Source: Ophelia neglecta (taxonomy: Eukaryota). From it: a stretch of DNA of 64,000 nucleotides. How positions within the stretch are numbered: position 1 is the stretch's first letter; each line of letters starts with the position of its first letter. The stretch spans positions 96,472,001 to 96,536,000 of the forward strand of contig OZ260661.1 of the NCBI GenBank assembly GCA_965285935.1. Direction: 5' to 3'. The position numbers and the translations under genes are program-made. The notes below the pieces were generated by a model. It did no database searches and was not told the origin of the DNA. It was given only the letters and a program-made list of their open reading frames with translations. Positions 1-13,000 of this stretch are shown here, piece after piece.

Positions 1-94
1 GGGTATGGTTGATCGGATTTGATCCCCTGTGTTCACTTAAGTTAAAAGGGCAGAGGGAGTTAGTGTTCTGCATGTGTTGACAAGTATCAAAATC

Positions 95-227
95 CACGTG
101 CTCGTGTTGATGCCTTAGCTCTCGTATATAGTCACGTGCAACGGGAGAGGCTGTGCCTGACGTGACGTCAGTGTAGCCATTGGTATGACCCCCCGCTGCA
201 GTGAGAAGCAGCTGGCAGACTATAAAA
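95..227 (+). promoter_or_regulatory. Proximal Pol II promoter of GTF2A1 (E-boxes, CRE, inverted CCAAT, TATA box)
   Basis: CACGTG at 95-100 and 133-138, palindromic CRE TGACGTCA at 163-170, ATTGG at 179-183 and TATAAAA at 221-227. These cluster in a CpG-rich stretch about 100-230 nt upstream of the ATG at 323. Confidence 0.65.
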
Positions 228-322
228 GCGAGCGAGGAGCACAGATCGCCGGCTTTCCCGAGCCCGCCACGACACGCAAATACGGGAGTTAATCGCCTCT
301 TAAGAGGCACCATAACATAGAG

Positions 323-3300
323 ATGGCAGGCCAAAATCAAGTGGTGAGTCTGCCTGCCGTAAATGAAAATTATAAGTGTTCAAAATATTAGCAGGTTCTT
401 GTTAATTTGGTCCATACAATGCTTCATGTACAGCCTATTGCGACTGATGGAAGTGACAAGCATAAAGCTAATGTACTGGTTGTGTTGTATTTGGTGCTCC
501 CGTTTACCAGCGTTGCGCACGAAGACCACCACTGACTGACTATACATGGATTTGGTTTTAATAGGGTAAACCCGGCCTAGGTCTGGGCCTAGTAAGATAT
601 AGTTACTTTAACAGTTTAAGAGGTTGGGGCTTGGGGGCATTGACACTTTAAAATCGATTTAGTTTTGTAAGGCTATGCGAAGAAAGACCGTATCTAAATA
701 TAATAGGAGATGAAAATGACAATGTGTAGCTTTAAATTTAAGCTGATGGATTGAATTTCATCATCGTCTCACCAAATAGTGAACACCTCAATTGTAAATT
801 ATTTGCTCATTTTAATTGTATGGCATCCTTTGTATTTTGCATCTGTTTTTAACTATGGGCTAGTAACATGCTTGTAACACAAGCTGAAACACATTGTAAT
901 AATTAATGTGGTCTAGGTACTAGCAAAGGCCATGCTTCAGGGCACAGCTTGTTTTCCTCCATGCAACTACTGAATTATGTCCGTCAAAATATGCCAGGGC
1001 ACCCATTATTTAGATTGGCGGGAATTTACTGGTTTTTCCAAAAATCTGCCTGGCCAAAAAATATGGTGTTTCAAGATAAGAAAAGCAGAACGATTTTAGT
1101 ATCAAGTGAACCATATAACACTGTATTGCAAAAGCACTGCTTTTAAGTCCAGAACGAGAGGTTGCACTAACTAAAACCTAAACCTGTTACAACTTTCTAA
1201 AGCTCTGTGAAAGTAAGAACTAGATTAGTGCTGAAGCTTCTTTGTGTTTCCACCTCACTGCGGAGGTGGATCTAACATGTGACAGGGCGCCCATTAACAG
1301 AGTGCAACAATTATACTGTATATAAAAGCTGCCAAACAGTTTATACTTGCTTTGAATGATACATAAATGATTACATAGCAAATGATAAGTAGCCCTTAAC
1401 ACACCAAGCGCATTTTAACCATTAACATGAATGAGTCCCCCCCCCCCCTCAGAGGATTCCTTCATATAAAAGCAAATGTAAAATTATCCTTTTGTGAGGC
1501 CATCCTGATATTAAGCAATACAAATTAATAATTTCCCTGTTTCTCAGGCATCTTTTAGGCATTTTACAAATTAAACAGCATTGGGATTTATTTTCAAAAC
1601 CTGTCTCAGAACAATGGTCCAGTCTATTCTTTACTGTATATTTCTCCAGCACACTTATTTGTTACCCCAACAAAGTCCGGTTGTGATACATTAAAGTTAT
1701 CTATATGCTGCCGGCTCTTACAGTAGGCAGCAGGAGGGCATGCTCTTCTAAATGCCTTGAAAAAATGTCCCATTTATTGCTAATCAGAATTTTAATCATT
1801 ATTTACAGCCAAAAATATACAATGGTGTTGTAGAAGATGTCATAAATAATGTGAGAGAATCATTCCTGGATGAAGGTGTGGATGAACAAGTATTACAGGA
1901 ACTTAAACAGGTAAGACTGAAAACTACTATATCCAATTTGTTGCTCTTCAGCATGCTCTGCATTGCATTGCATTGTGCTCTGCATTGCAACTTTCTGAAT
2001 AGTGCCAATATCCGAGTCTGCCATGATGGTCAAAATATTTAATAAATAAGCGAGCCCAGTTTGCTAACACCATTTTTATCTTAATTCCCCTCACTTTGGA
2101 ACATTACGCGTCTTTTGTTTTATAGTTATGGACGACAAAACTTCAACAATCCAAGGCTGTTGATGGCAGTTCGTCAGAACAGCAGCAGTTGTTAGGAGCC
2201 TACCAACAACAGCGTGTACTCGTACAGCATGAACAGGTCAGACAACAGCAACAGCAGCGCCAACAACAACAACAGCAACATCAGCAACAGCAGCACCAGC
2301 AAGCAGCTGCCCAGCAAGCTGCTTTGGCACAGGCACAAGCACAAGCCTCACAGGCACAAGGTACATTCATTGGTGTGATAGTCCTTAATTTTTTACCGAA
2401 CAAAAATGGATAAGCAATTGTATCTACAGCATTCATTTTTAAGCTACACCAATAAAGTTGGTTATTCTCGATCATCCAACATGGCCAAATGAACCATTTG
2501 ACCAAATTCTTCAGATTATCTTCACAAATTATGACAGGGAGCTTAGCAGGAGAAGTCTAGTCAAAACAAGGAGTATCCCCGACAAATCTTCATTATTCAT
2601 TAAAAAAGTGAGAAATACAGAGAAGATCAAAACCGGGAGGAAACTTGATATTTTTTTTGCTTGGAGTTACAACCAAAGCCACGTGACTCCCGGTGAAACT
2701 GAAAAACATAAGCGTTACCTTTAAAATATGATGCTGCTTCCCAGACCCCCCTTCCCTCAAGTCACAATAATTCATTCCTCTAGCTGTCATGAATCCCCTG
2801 TCCCAATTAAAGAAATGGAATAGCCCTTAGGTATCCACACGATTAGCCAAGTCAGTTCCAATAGATTTAAAGTCATTCATACTCAACAATAAACTGTGCA
2901 ATATGTTATATGTTTTCCAGCTCCACCAGTGCAGCCACAATTACCCGTGATAAATCCTGCTACTGGCACCTTTGAAATGGTAGGTGGTGATTTTTACATT
3001 CAATGTTGGAAATAATACCTGGGTATGTAAAAATTCAGTTTTAGTTAGTTGTCCAGTGTTCAACACATTTGATCAGAATCCTTGCTGTCTCTAGCAGTGG
3101 TTGTTTGTCTTCCACTTTCTGTAGAGCACTTATCAGTGAAACCATCATCTTCTGTAACCCAGTTATACATAGTGACTTCCGAGGGAGTGATCCCAGGCTG
3201 TCTTTACTGAGACAGCGAAGTGGGTGCACTGTACTATGGCCACCACACAACGGCCTACTATAGACGGAGGCCAACACAGTCCAAGACACTGCCATTGACA

Positions 3301-5423
3301 CCTGTGAAAGTCAGTATGTGTATAATAATAAATTTAATAAAATACACAGTTGATATGATACATCAATCTTTGCATTGCAGAGTGGTGCAGCTCAAGCGGC
3401 AACTAGGGCCCTTCCACAGAATTTATTGCAACAGCAAATAGCAGCTTTACAGGGACAACTCCAGCCAGGCCAGTCAATAGTCATAAGTAAGTGAAGCATG
3501 TAAAGCCGATGTTGACATACATGTAGCACCCGTCCTGACATACATACAATTTGTGTACATTTTCTAAATGATAAAATTCAGGAAAGGCAATTATGAAAAT
3601 GAAGTTGAGAACATGGCTAATGCTGGCCTTATTTGGCCAAACTGATTGGTTCTTTAGGTGTTAATAGTCAAAAGACTAAATCTTTTTGAATTTCAGGGAA
3701 ACTCAGTACTGTACTGGTAAAGATTGGTAACTAATCCTATACTAACATTTATGTTATTCTTATGATTGACTTCTGTCATTTTCCTTTTGACTGAAGGTGT
3801 TTTTTACTATTTCAGACCAAGGGGGCAATCAGTATGTCCTTCAGACAACCCACACAGGCCAACAGATCCTGTTACAAACTCAACCAGCCGCGCCTCAGAC
3901 AACCTTTGCTCTGGCCCAACAGTCCACATCTACCCAACAGGTACGCTTACCTCTCATTAATTATGCTCTGTGGAAAATAACAGGCATTGTGTACAAAGAA
4001 CCAGTCATATGGTTGAAAAATTGATAGGTCCCAGTTTCAACAATAATATTTTCTGCGTTGGTAGAAGTAATCAGTTTAAGTTTGTATACTACTATTAGTA
4101 GTAAAAGTGATACACTGATCCATAAAATTAGTAAAGGATGTCTCCTCTACCTTAAGAACTGTATTTTCTTTTCATAGAACTTGCTTCTAATGTACAAGCT
4201 TTGTTTTGAGTTGAAAATTTATTTTTTATTTTTTTACTTTAGCAGCAACAACAGCAGAACCCTCAAGGTTTAATACAGCTAGATGGTGCTAATGATTCCA
4301 GCTCAGATGATGATGATGATGACGATGATGATGATGATAAAGATGATGACAATGATGATGAGGAGAATGAAGCTGCGGATGATTTGGGAGAGGAAGAGGT
4401 ATTGGAAGAATTGACTAATTGGTTTTATTTGCACATATGCATTTGTTTTAAGCAATAAAAGTTGTAAAACGTGAAATTTTCATGGTACCGAATTTTTACG
4501 CAACAGCTGCATTACATTTATGAAGCAAGTTATATTTGCGGTTACTGAATAGGTCCATCTATGTTATTAATAGTGTAGTAAAATCAGCATGAGAGGAACT
4601 CCTCCGTCACTGCATCCTACTGGTTCAGTTACATAGGGCTATTGTTACTCACAAGAGCATACTGCCGAGAAATTCAATCCATCCAGTCTGTATTGTGGTC
4701 AAAAGAAAAATCAGCAACTGGCAAATGCTGGGACAACAGGCAATAAAAAGTGTGAACTGTGAAATAGCTTGGCTTGTCATTTGATGTTTATTATTATAGG
4801 AGCCTCTAAATACTGATGATGATGTCAGCGAAGAAGACCCGGCCGATGTGTTTGACACAGACAATGTGGTCGTCTGCCAGTTTGATAAGGTAATGATATT
4901 ATCTATATTGAATGTCATAACTTTATTATGTAATGATTGATTTAATTGAAATGGGCCCAACCAAAGACTGCCTATGCAGTTTCTGCTCAGACACAATGAT
5001 TACCCTATACAGGGAGAGCTGAAATCAGATGGCCATGGGCCTGGCCAATCAACTGCATTGCAGGATACATTGAGGACATTGGTCAGATGGTCTGGTAACA
5101 ACACTCAGAAATCTTCAGCGTTTATATCTAGAGGGTGGTTAACCTTACAAAACTTATAGGGCAGGTTTTATAACAGTGTTAAGTGGGCAGTGTATCTTGG
5201 TACGCCCTGATAACAACAACCGACATTCATTATCTAGTAAACTGTTTAAAGCCAGAAACACTGTATATTTGAAAGAAAAAATCAATGTTTTTCATTTTTA
5301 TTCCTGATTTTTCAGATTAATCGAGCAAAGAATAAGTGGAAATTTCACCTTAAAGACGGGATAATGAATCTCAATGGCAAAGACTATGTATTTCAGAAAG
5401 GTACAGGTGACGCTGACTGGTGA
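323..5423 (+). CDS. GTF2A1: Transcription initiation factor IIA large subunit (alpha/beta precursor), about 333 aa, 9 exons
   Basis: Exons 323-343, 1809-1910, 2126-2360, 2921-2979, 3381-3486, 3816-3940, 4243-4398, 4800-4889 and 5316-5423 are all GT-AG and phase-consistent. The N-terminus (VPKIYNGVVEDVINNVRESFLDEGVDEQVLQELKQLWTTKLQQSKAV) and C-terminus (EEEPLNTDDDVS...DNVVVCQFDKINRAKNKWKFHLKDGIMNLNGKDYVFQKGTGDADW*) match the conserved TFIIA regions. A Q-rich linker, the taspase site QLDG and an acidic tract lie between them. Confidence 0.96.
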
Positions 5424-6488
5424 TAGTCATGTCAGCCACCAACAGACACATAATCTAACTATAAGTACCATGGCTTGCCATTTGATTTTTGACATTATTC
5501 GTTTCTGCAATGTTAGATAAAAACCATATGCAATTTCTCTTTACGTGGTAATTATGGCAAAAAAATTCGGGAAGGACTTAAATACAGACTCATTTGAATG
5601 TGTTCTGCCTTATTGGCCCTTTACAAAGCAAATAATTATGAAGACCATGCCAGGAAATTGTATTGTGAGCATAAGGAAATTTAAAGTGGTAAGCTATGAC
5701 ATACTTCTGTAGGTAATACTAATTTTGACATGGCGGACATCACAACTACCGGGTATGCTCTGTGTGTGTCCAGAGCCTATTTCTCTATTCCAGTGTTTAA
5801 CACGTGGAGTATTAAATGTGTATGTGTATATGGCAGATAATGTATGTGCAGTGTGAGGCGTGGCCAACACTTGTAAATTGGTTGTGTATTTTAAGTTGTA
5901 TGTGAAGAATTTGTAAAGCATGTATGTAAATGCTGTGAAAAAGGAACTATCGTCTCCATTATATTTTAAATACATGTATATTTATTGGATATGTACAAAA
6001 GTATGATATTGAATGATATCAAATGTGCACATTTTCATTTCAATGTATTTTCTTATCTGCTTTAAATTAGCAAGCAACTGGCTTTGTTCATGATGTTGGT
6101 TCAGTAGTGGTATCTTTGTGGACACTGCAAATAAAAATACAATTGTAGAGTTGGTTCTTTGGTTTTAAGGGTAAAAGTCTATATTTATACCCAAAGAGAT
6201 TCAGATTTAGGTGGAAGAGAAAAATGTGAATAGCCCTATTATTTGATAATGTATGTCTCAAGTACGAGGTGTGTTGGTCATTGTAGTCATATGTGGATTT
6301 GTTTGTTTGTAGACATTTACTTTTGATATGACATCTTGAATGGAACTTGTATTTGAGAATATTGGGTTTGATTTATGCCTTATTCAATGATAAATTTAGA
6401 TACTGGTATACTGATACCAATTATCATATGCAGTAAGGTCCAAAATATTGGTGGGGAAAATAGCTATCAACTGAAAAATCAACCTGAG

Positions 6489-6593
6489 TAGCAACCCTGC
6501 TTTGTTCCTGCACTAGCAGCCCTGCTTTGTTTCTGCACTAGCAGCCCTGCTTTGTTTCTGCACTAGCAGCCCTACTTTTTCCTGCACTAGCAG
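6489..6593. repeat. 25-bp minisatellite, about 4 copies (CTAGCAGCCCTGCTTTGTTTCTGCA)
   Basis: Direct tandem copies with few substitutions, downstream of the GTF2A1 stop codon. Confidence 0.9.
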
Positions 6594-9500
6594 GCAACAT
6601 TGTCTATATTTACACTGCTACTCAGGAAGTGAAACATGTATTTTGGAAGAAATATATTTCTGTGTGGTGGTTCAAAAGAGCAAAAACAAGATTCTCCACA
6701 GTTTATGAAGGTAGTGGACATGTGTTAATTTCACGTTTTCACAAATTTCTTATTCCAAGTAAAATTATAGTTGTGCAGGAATTTTTCGGGTTGCAAATTC
6801 ATCTGAACTTCTCCTAGTACTTTTTACTGCTTCACATGTAATATTTATAGGCTACTGTTAAATACGTGAAATTTAAAAAGAGTGGAATGAAATCCTTGCC
6901 AACATTTTGTCCCTTGCAGTGAAATGTTGGTCAAGAAAATACGTATGCCATTTAGTTCAGTATTCAAGTCAGATGAAATTCCTTGCTGGTTTTGTTGCTT
7001 TTGTCCTGCGGCTTGTAATGCTGTTCAAGTGCTAGTGCATTATTTTTATAAAGCGATTTGTTGTCTCAACTTGTCAATGTAAAAAATATAAAGTATTTTT
7101 ATGGGCAATTTCTGCTATTATATTAAATAGATTCTACCTGTGATTTTTTCATGACCTGCCAGTTTGTCATTTAATTAGTAAATAGGCTCTCCATATAATA
7201 TTAAGTAGCATTCAGAGAACTTTGATATAAAAACTAATTTTATTTGTAAGAAAGCTTCAATATTGTGTTTAAAGTCCTATGTTCATTGGAAATAAATACC
7301 CCATTTGCAAAGTTGCATATGATTTCTATTTTGATGTTTGGAAATTAATTAATAGTCTTGACTGCTGTAAACTGTCTGGAAATTAATAACAGTAGTAGCC
7401 TTGATTGTACATATAATCATTAATTTGGATAGAATACACCTGTCAACAATCGTGGCTACTTCAGAAAAGTTTATATAAGATCTAAATAAAAGGAACATAA
7501 GGATTTTTTAAAATTTAACAGAACATATGCATGCTTGTATTAAAGTGATTACTTTCAAAGTAGTATAGCAAGTAACAAATTTCAGTGGTGTTTTGTGTCG
7601 CGTCACAGTTTTTGGCCTGCAATAAACCCAACTAAGCCAAACACATTGTGAGCAAAGACCTGTCATGTATTTTAAAAAAACCTATATAAGCTTTGGCATA
7701 CTACGTACAATGCTTTTCTGATTACATTCGTCTATTTATCCATACAGTCTTAGCTTCCACTCTGGGGCCTAGACATGAAATGCTTAACCTTTGGTTGATA
7801 TGTGATTGTATTTGGCTGCTTTGGTACACATCCTGCAAGTTCTGAATTATAACAGCTAGGCTTTCAAAACGTGTGCAGGTGGTGGTTCCAAAAAAATACC
7901 CGTGGCTAGGGAAAATAACATACCCATGATCAGGTAAATCTGGCAAAATTCAAAACTTAGTACGAAAGGTCTTTCAAAAACAACCCATTTTTATGGCTAC
8001 CTTGCCTAAAATAACCCTATTTATGTACAACAGAGAATAGGGCTGCGCCATTGGGCGTTATTTGGTTCTGAAAATAACTCTCTGAGACAACTTTAGAGTG
8101 ACTAGTCAAAAAGAGAAAGGATCGCACAGGGTTTAGCGATTTGGTAATAAAAAAAACTTAGCAAATCTCGAATTGGTCAAGCAAGTCCGCCCTGTGTAAC
8201 GTTACATCGGCTTTATTACGTAGCAGGATTAGAAATCAAAATGAGGCAATTTTTGGTAAAGAGCTGGGAGCGAGAGTTTCAATCAGAATCTAAATTTCAC
8301 AGAGTAAATGTCGTGGGCATGTAGCACTGTACATTTAGGACATTATAAAATAAACTGGTTTGTTTCATTTTGGATTCGTGTATTGTTGGGATATCGGAAG
8401 TGAGTTAGAACAGGAAAAAAGGAAACCACTCAGTACCTATTGCCAAGCGGGTTCCCCGGAAAGTGGGCTCCACTAGGGCTTCATTTGCGTTCCTTATGCC
8501 AATACAATGTTGCATAGCCATGGATATATTCACAGTGTGGCCCGTCAATTTGCAATATCAATACTTTATATTTAGTATCACCATAAGTTGAGTAACTTCT
8601 TTTCAATAAAAAAGAGCTAAAGAAAGGCATTTTCGGACCATCAATGTCGGTCATGGAATTCCACAATAACTCATATTAACAACCCATGTAAATACTTCTA
8701 ACTAATCAATTCATTAATCATTTTATTCATTTATCACCACTCATATAATCCAAGATACATATTGATTATATTTTTGCTAGTTAATATAATTATGAGACTA
8801 AAACATTCAAATCTGCTATCATATATAAGGCTCTATTAACACACATATACAACATACCACTAAAACTTTCAATACAGCACCCCTTTCAAAATCCCGGTGG
8901 GTATATTATTTATAGCATAATACAGCTTAAACTTTCATTCCAATGTATACTCACAATACATAATATGATCAAGAACCTTGATATTAAGGCACACACATAT
9001 ATGCCTTCTAGACAGTAGAGGCCTAATGAAGGCTGGCACCAAATGTCGTAAAAAAATCATTGACCTGCTTCCATGTTTGAATCAATGAACCATTGAAGAG
9101 AATTGAGAATCATTCACAATTGAACTTAATTGTCACATGGTTTTTTATCAAATCAGCGACAAACCCGAGTGAAGGTAAAACATGGGAATCACGAAATAAA
9201 TCGTAGGCCTACAGCTAATGAAATTCATGGTTGATAAAAGCTGTGAATACGAAATAAAAAAATCATTTCAATGAGATTGGTCAAAACTGTAATATTAATA
9301 GAAATTCAATATTAGCTACATCAAGAATTTATTGCCATTCATTTCTTGGGCATAGATGTATAAATGTTTTAAGAAATCCTTGGTGAAAAAAAAGATTCAA
9401 AAATAACATTCTTTAAAAGTGAAAAATATAAATAAATAACTATATAATATATACTGCGAGGTAGTTAGATTAAACATACGATATACCGCACAATAATATT

Positions 9501-10056
9501 GTAACAAATTCGCATAGTAGGTAGTTTGTATTGAAACTATTTTTATTTTTCTAAGGTTGCTCGTCTGTGTAATGGCTCAAAAATTACCATCTTTCATTTG
9601 GATCACTGAAATTATAGGCTTATCTAAATTGTTTTATTTCTAGCAAAGAGCTGCATAAGCCTAAGGACACAAAAATGACGGTATATGTATCTATTTCTTT
9701 TCATAACAAACCGAAAAGGGCCGTTAAAATTTGAGGTAGGTAGGGCCTACATGGGCATTATTTTTAATAGACCCCTATTGACATAAAATAATGTCAAACA
9801 ATGAGATTTGAATAATCTTGTGCACATCTGTCGCAGTGTAAATAATTCAAGCCACACCATACACATCCTCGCACGTTAGCATCCATTGCACGAACTAATC
9901 AACCTTTAAATGCGTTGATTCTAATGTCATTTCTGTTAATATCGGGCAGTTTAAATTCAAAGTACCGGTAGGTGGGACTAGATGATTTGATTTGAAGAGA
10001 CAGTCGTGGTATCTTTTTTTTCACCGGTCCCAATTAAATATTAGACAAATATTTGA

Positions 10057-13000
10057 TTATATATTATGGCATTGTCCATTAGCCTTGATTTGATCTTTGT
10101 CATCGGTTGGCAGCGCCTGGTAAGCGCCATTTTTCTTGTCGATGCGGAGGCCAGTCTGCTCAATGCTCCCTGTATTGTGTCCTTCCCCATCCGTGGCACG
10201 CTCAGAGTCAACCGGTAGCACTTCACATGAGTTCCCACTAGTCAAGGAATCATCCATATAAGTAAATGAAGCATCTGTGGTAGAACTGAGTAGTGTCAGC
10301 ATTGTCGACTGACTCACTTTGCGTCTGTCAAAGTCAAGATCTGAGTTGCCGCATGCATTGTACTTTCCCTGTATGGGATAATTATACTGGCTAGCACTAC
10401 GAACAGTTTTACTGACAGGCGTGTCACTCGGCCTGCGTTCGAGATCCTCGGAATTGGGCTCTTCCTGACGGCTATGGGGGCTGTCTTCCGGGAGGGGTTC
10501 GTCTTCGGGCACATTACATGGCTTTGTGTTCCCCTCCGCTTCGATCGCCATGTCATTTTTTGACTCAACCGTTGAGACTTCGACTTCTTCAAAATCGGAC
10601 ATCTTTCTGTCAACCCCTTTGTTAAATAGATCTGTCGGCGTGGTGGTGGGGGACGTGCTTGAACACTTCTTGTTCTCTGCTGAAGTCCGAGAGCTCCGAG
10701 AGTCCAAATTATGGCTAGTAACAGTGTGGTCTGTGGGCCGCTCGATGCGGTTAGTGATCAGATGTGGATTAGAATGGCGAGAATGTGACATAGACATTGG
10801 ATTACTAGTGTACATAAATGTCATGCGGTATTTTGCTGCTCTTTTCTCACACAAACCGCAACGGCTAAGCATTCCGAAAAGATCCTTTTTAAACTGTTTG
10901 GTGAACATGGCATACAGGAAAGGGTTACAACAGGAATTCAGCGGAAAGAAAAACACTAGTAAAATTTTGGATTCTGTTATATTAATTAGTTCATATCCAC
11001 AGGCAGCAGTGAGTCCAAAAAAAGCCACTGGGAACAGACACGCAAAGTCTGTGATGACCAGTACCGCCATCCTCTTGGCGATATTGACGTCATTTCTTCC
11101 GGCCCCCGTTGACTCTTTACCGTGAACCTTGTGGTACATATCTACATAGCACCACAGTATGATAAAGAAAGCCAAGGCGTTGATCAGAAGAAGGCTGATA
11201 ACATAACCGTGGTCAACCGAGTTGTTTACAGCCATTGGTAAGCAGATAGCTGTCTTGCTGTAGTTGCTGACGCCAACCAATGGGAGCATTGCCATGATTA
11301 AGGCAAATACCCAGCCGCAAACCATTATCGAAGACGCCTTAAAGTAAGTAGAAGATAGGCCTATAACATTCGATTATTTAGTTGATCAATATACATAAAT
11401 TTCATAGTATTGATTAAATATATAGATCTACTAATGTTAAAGTTCTTATAAGCATTCCTTGTGATTACTTTTTTCATTTAAACGCTGAAATAAAGACCCA
11501 CAGTTGCCATTGAGTATGACAATCATCTTTACATAGGATGTAAAGAGGCTTTTCCAATAATAAAATGTCATTAATATTTTTTTTAAAGGTAGTGAACACC
11601 CGACAGACAAAGCTAAATCATTAATCAAGGTTAGTCCATTAAATCAGTCTAAAATCATCAGGACTGAGCCACCAGGCAAAGGTTCACATTCACCAATGCC
11701 AAGTTCCCAAACAGTAAATAAACTTGTAATGAAATTAAAATAAATATATAAAAATGACAGTCTTATTACTTGCGATGAGAATCAGTCAAAAGTTATCTAT
11801 GATGTGAGTCAGAGCAAAAACAAACAAGTCAGTGGTCAGTGTAGGATGACATCTGCACTAGGAGAGTCTAAACGATGGTCTAAGCGTTGTCATGATATAG
11901 AGTAAAGATGCGCCACAACCTTACCTGTCTGAGTCTTAGCCGTTTGGTGAGATGTATGGCGTGCGAGATTGCATACCACCGTTCCATTGTAATGGCAGTG
12001 AGAGTGAAGGTGGAAAGGCACGTGCTAAAGATGGCCAAAAAGCCGGCAGCCTGACAACCTGCCTCATATTGCCAAGGTATCGCATAGGTGAAGTACACTC
12101 CGACAGTGCGCAGGTCAAAGGCAGCCAGCAGAAGAAGATACGTGCCTGCAATGGAGTTAACACACTTATTAAATTAACGTCTGCGCTTCTGAATACTTTG
12201 AGCTGCGCTGTTGGAACGATATTATCAGTTAGGCCCTACCGAACATTTCATGCTGAGTCATATTTGGATGTTGGTTTCATGAAAGCAAGAAAATCAAGAC
12301 TTTTACTTGGTAGCAAACTGTTCAGGTCTGACAGTGTTGAAAGCTCGGTAAATATTGGCATATTATTATTTTCTTATTATGTCCAATGGTGCTACATGGA
12401 AATTAAGAAAACTTTTTAGGTACACATTCAATACAAGGAAAATATAGTAAAAAAATCCATAGTATATCCTCACCCAATGTAAGGTCAGCAAACGCCAGAT
12501 TGCACATCAAAAATTTGGAAACGGTGAGTTTATATTTACTGAATACAGTAACAACCAACACCACCATGTTTCCGGTGAGAGCAGTAGCCACTACTATCCA
12601 CGCCATTGCCCTTAATGTTTCTTTTCCTGTTATAAGAACATAAAATAAACATCACTTAAATTAAGTTTGAACATCAATGACAATCATTTAAGTAGGACAT
12701 GGATAATTGAGATGATTTTATTATTACTGCAGGCAAATCACTTTATTTGATAAAGAGTCGGCAACCAAGTTATCGAAATTTATACACTTTTCTCAGGGCA
12801 GGCTGTTGGGAAATTAAAGATTGCTTTCTAGAGCTTTGCTGTAGCAATCCATCTGTCTTTCCGTTATAAACCTCTATTTAAAAATTACCTTCAATAAAAT
12901 GTGGTGAAAATTTAGCGTACAGGGCCGCGCCGATCAGTAAATTGGATTTGCCTTTAGGACAGTAGGAATTAACCAACTGGCCTGACTATACGATTTCATC

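Noticed and set aside
9438-9535. let-7-like sequence as a possible let-7 miRNA gene
   Set aside because: Only the seed and scattered bases match, the star-like stretch lies on the wrong side, and no proper precursor hairpin forms. It is better read as target sites on the opposite strand.
10526-11125. 199-aa + strand ORF (also 11952-12419, 14413-14734 and the + strand ORFs in 53299-54703)
   Set aside because: These are antisense shadows of real coding exons with no recognisable protein features.
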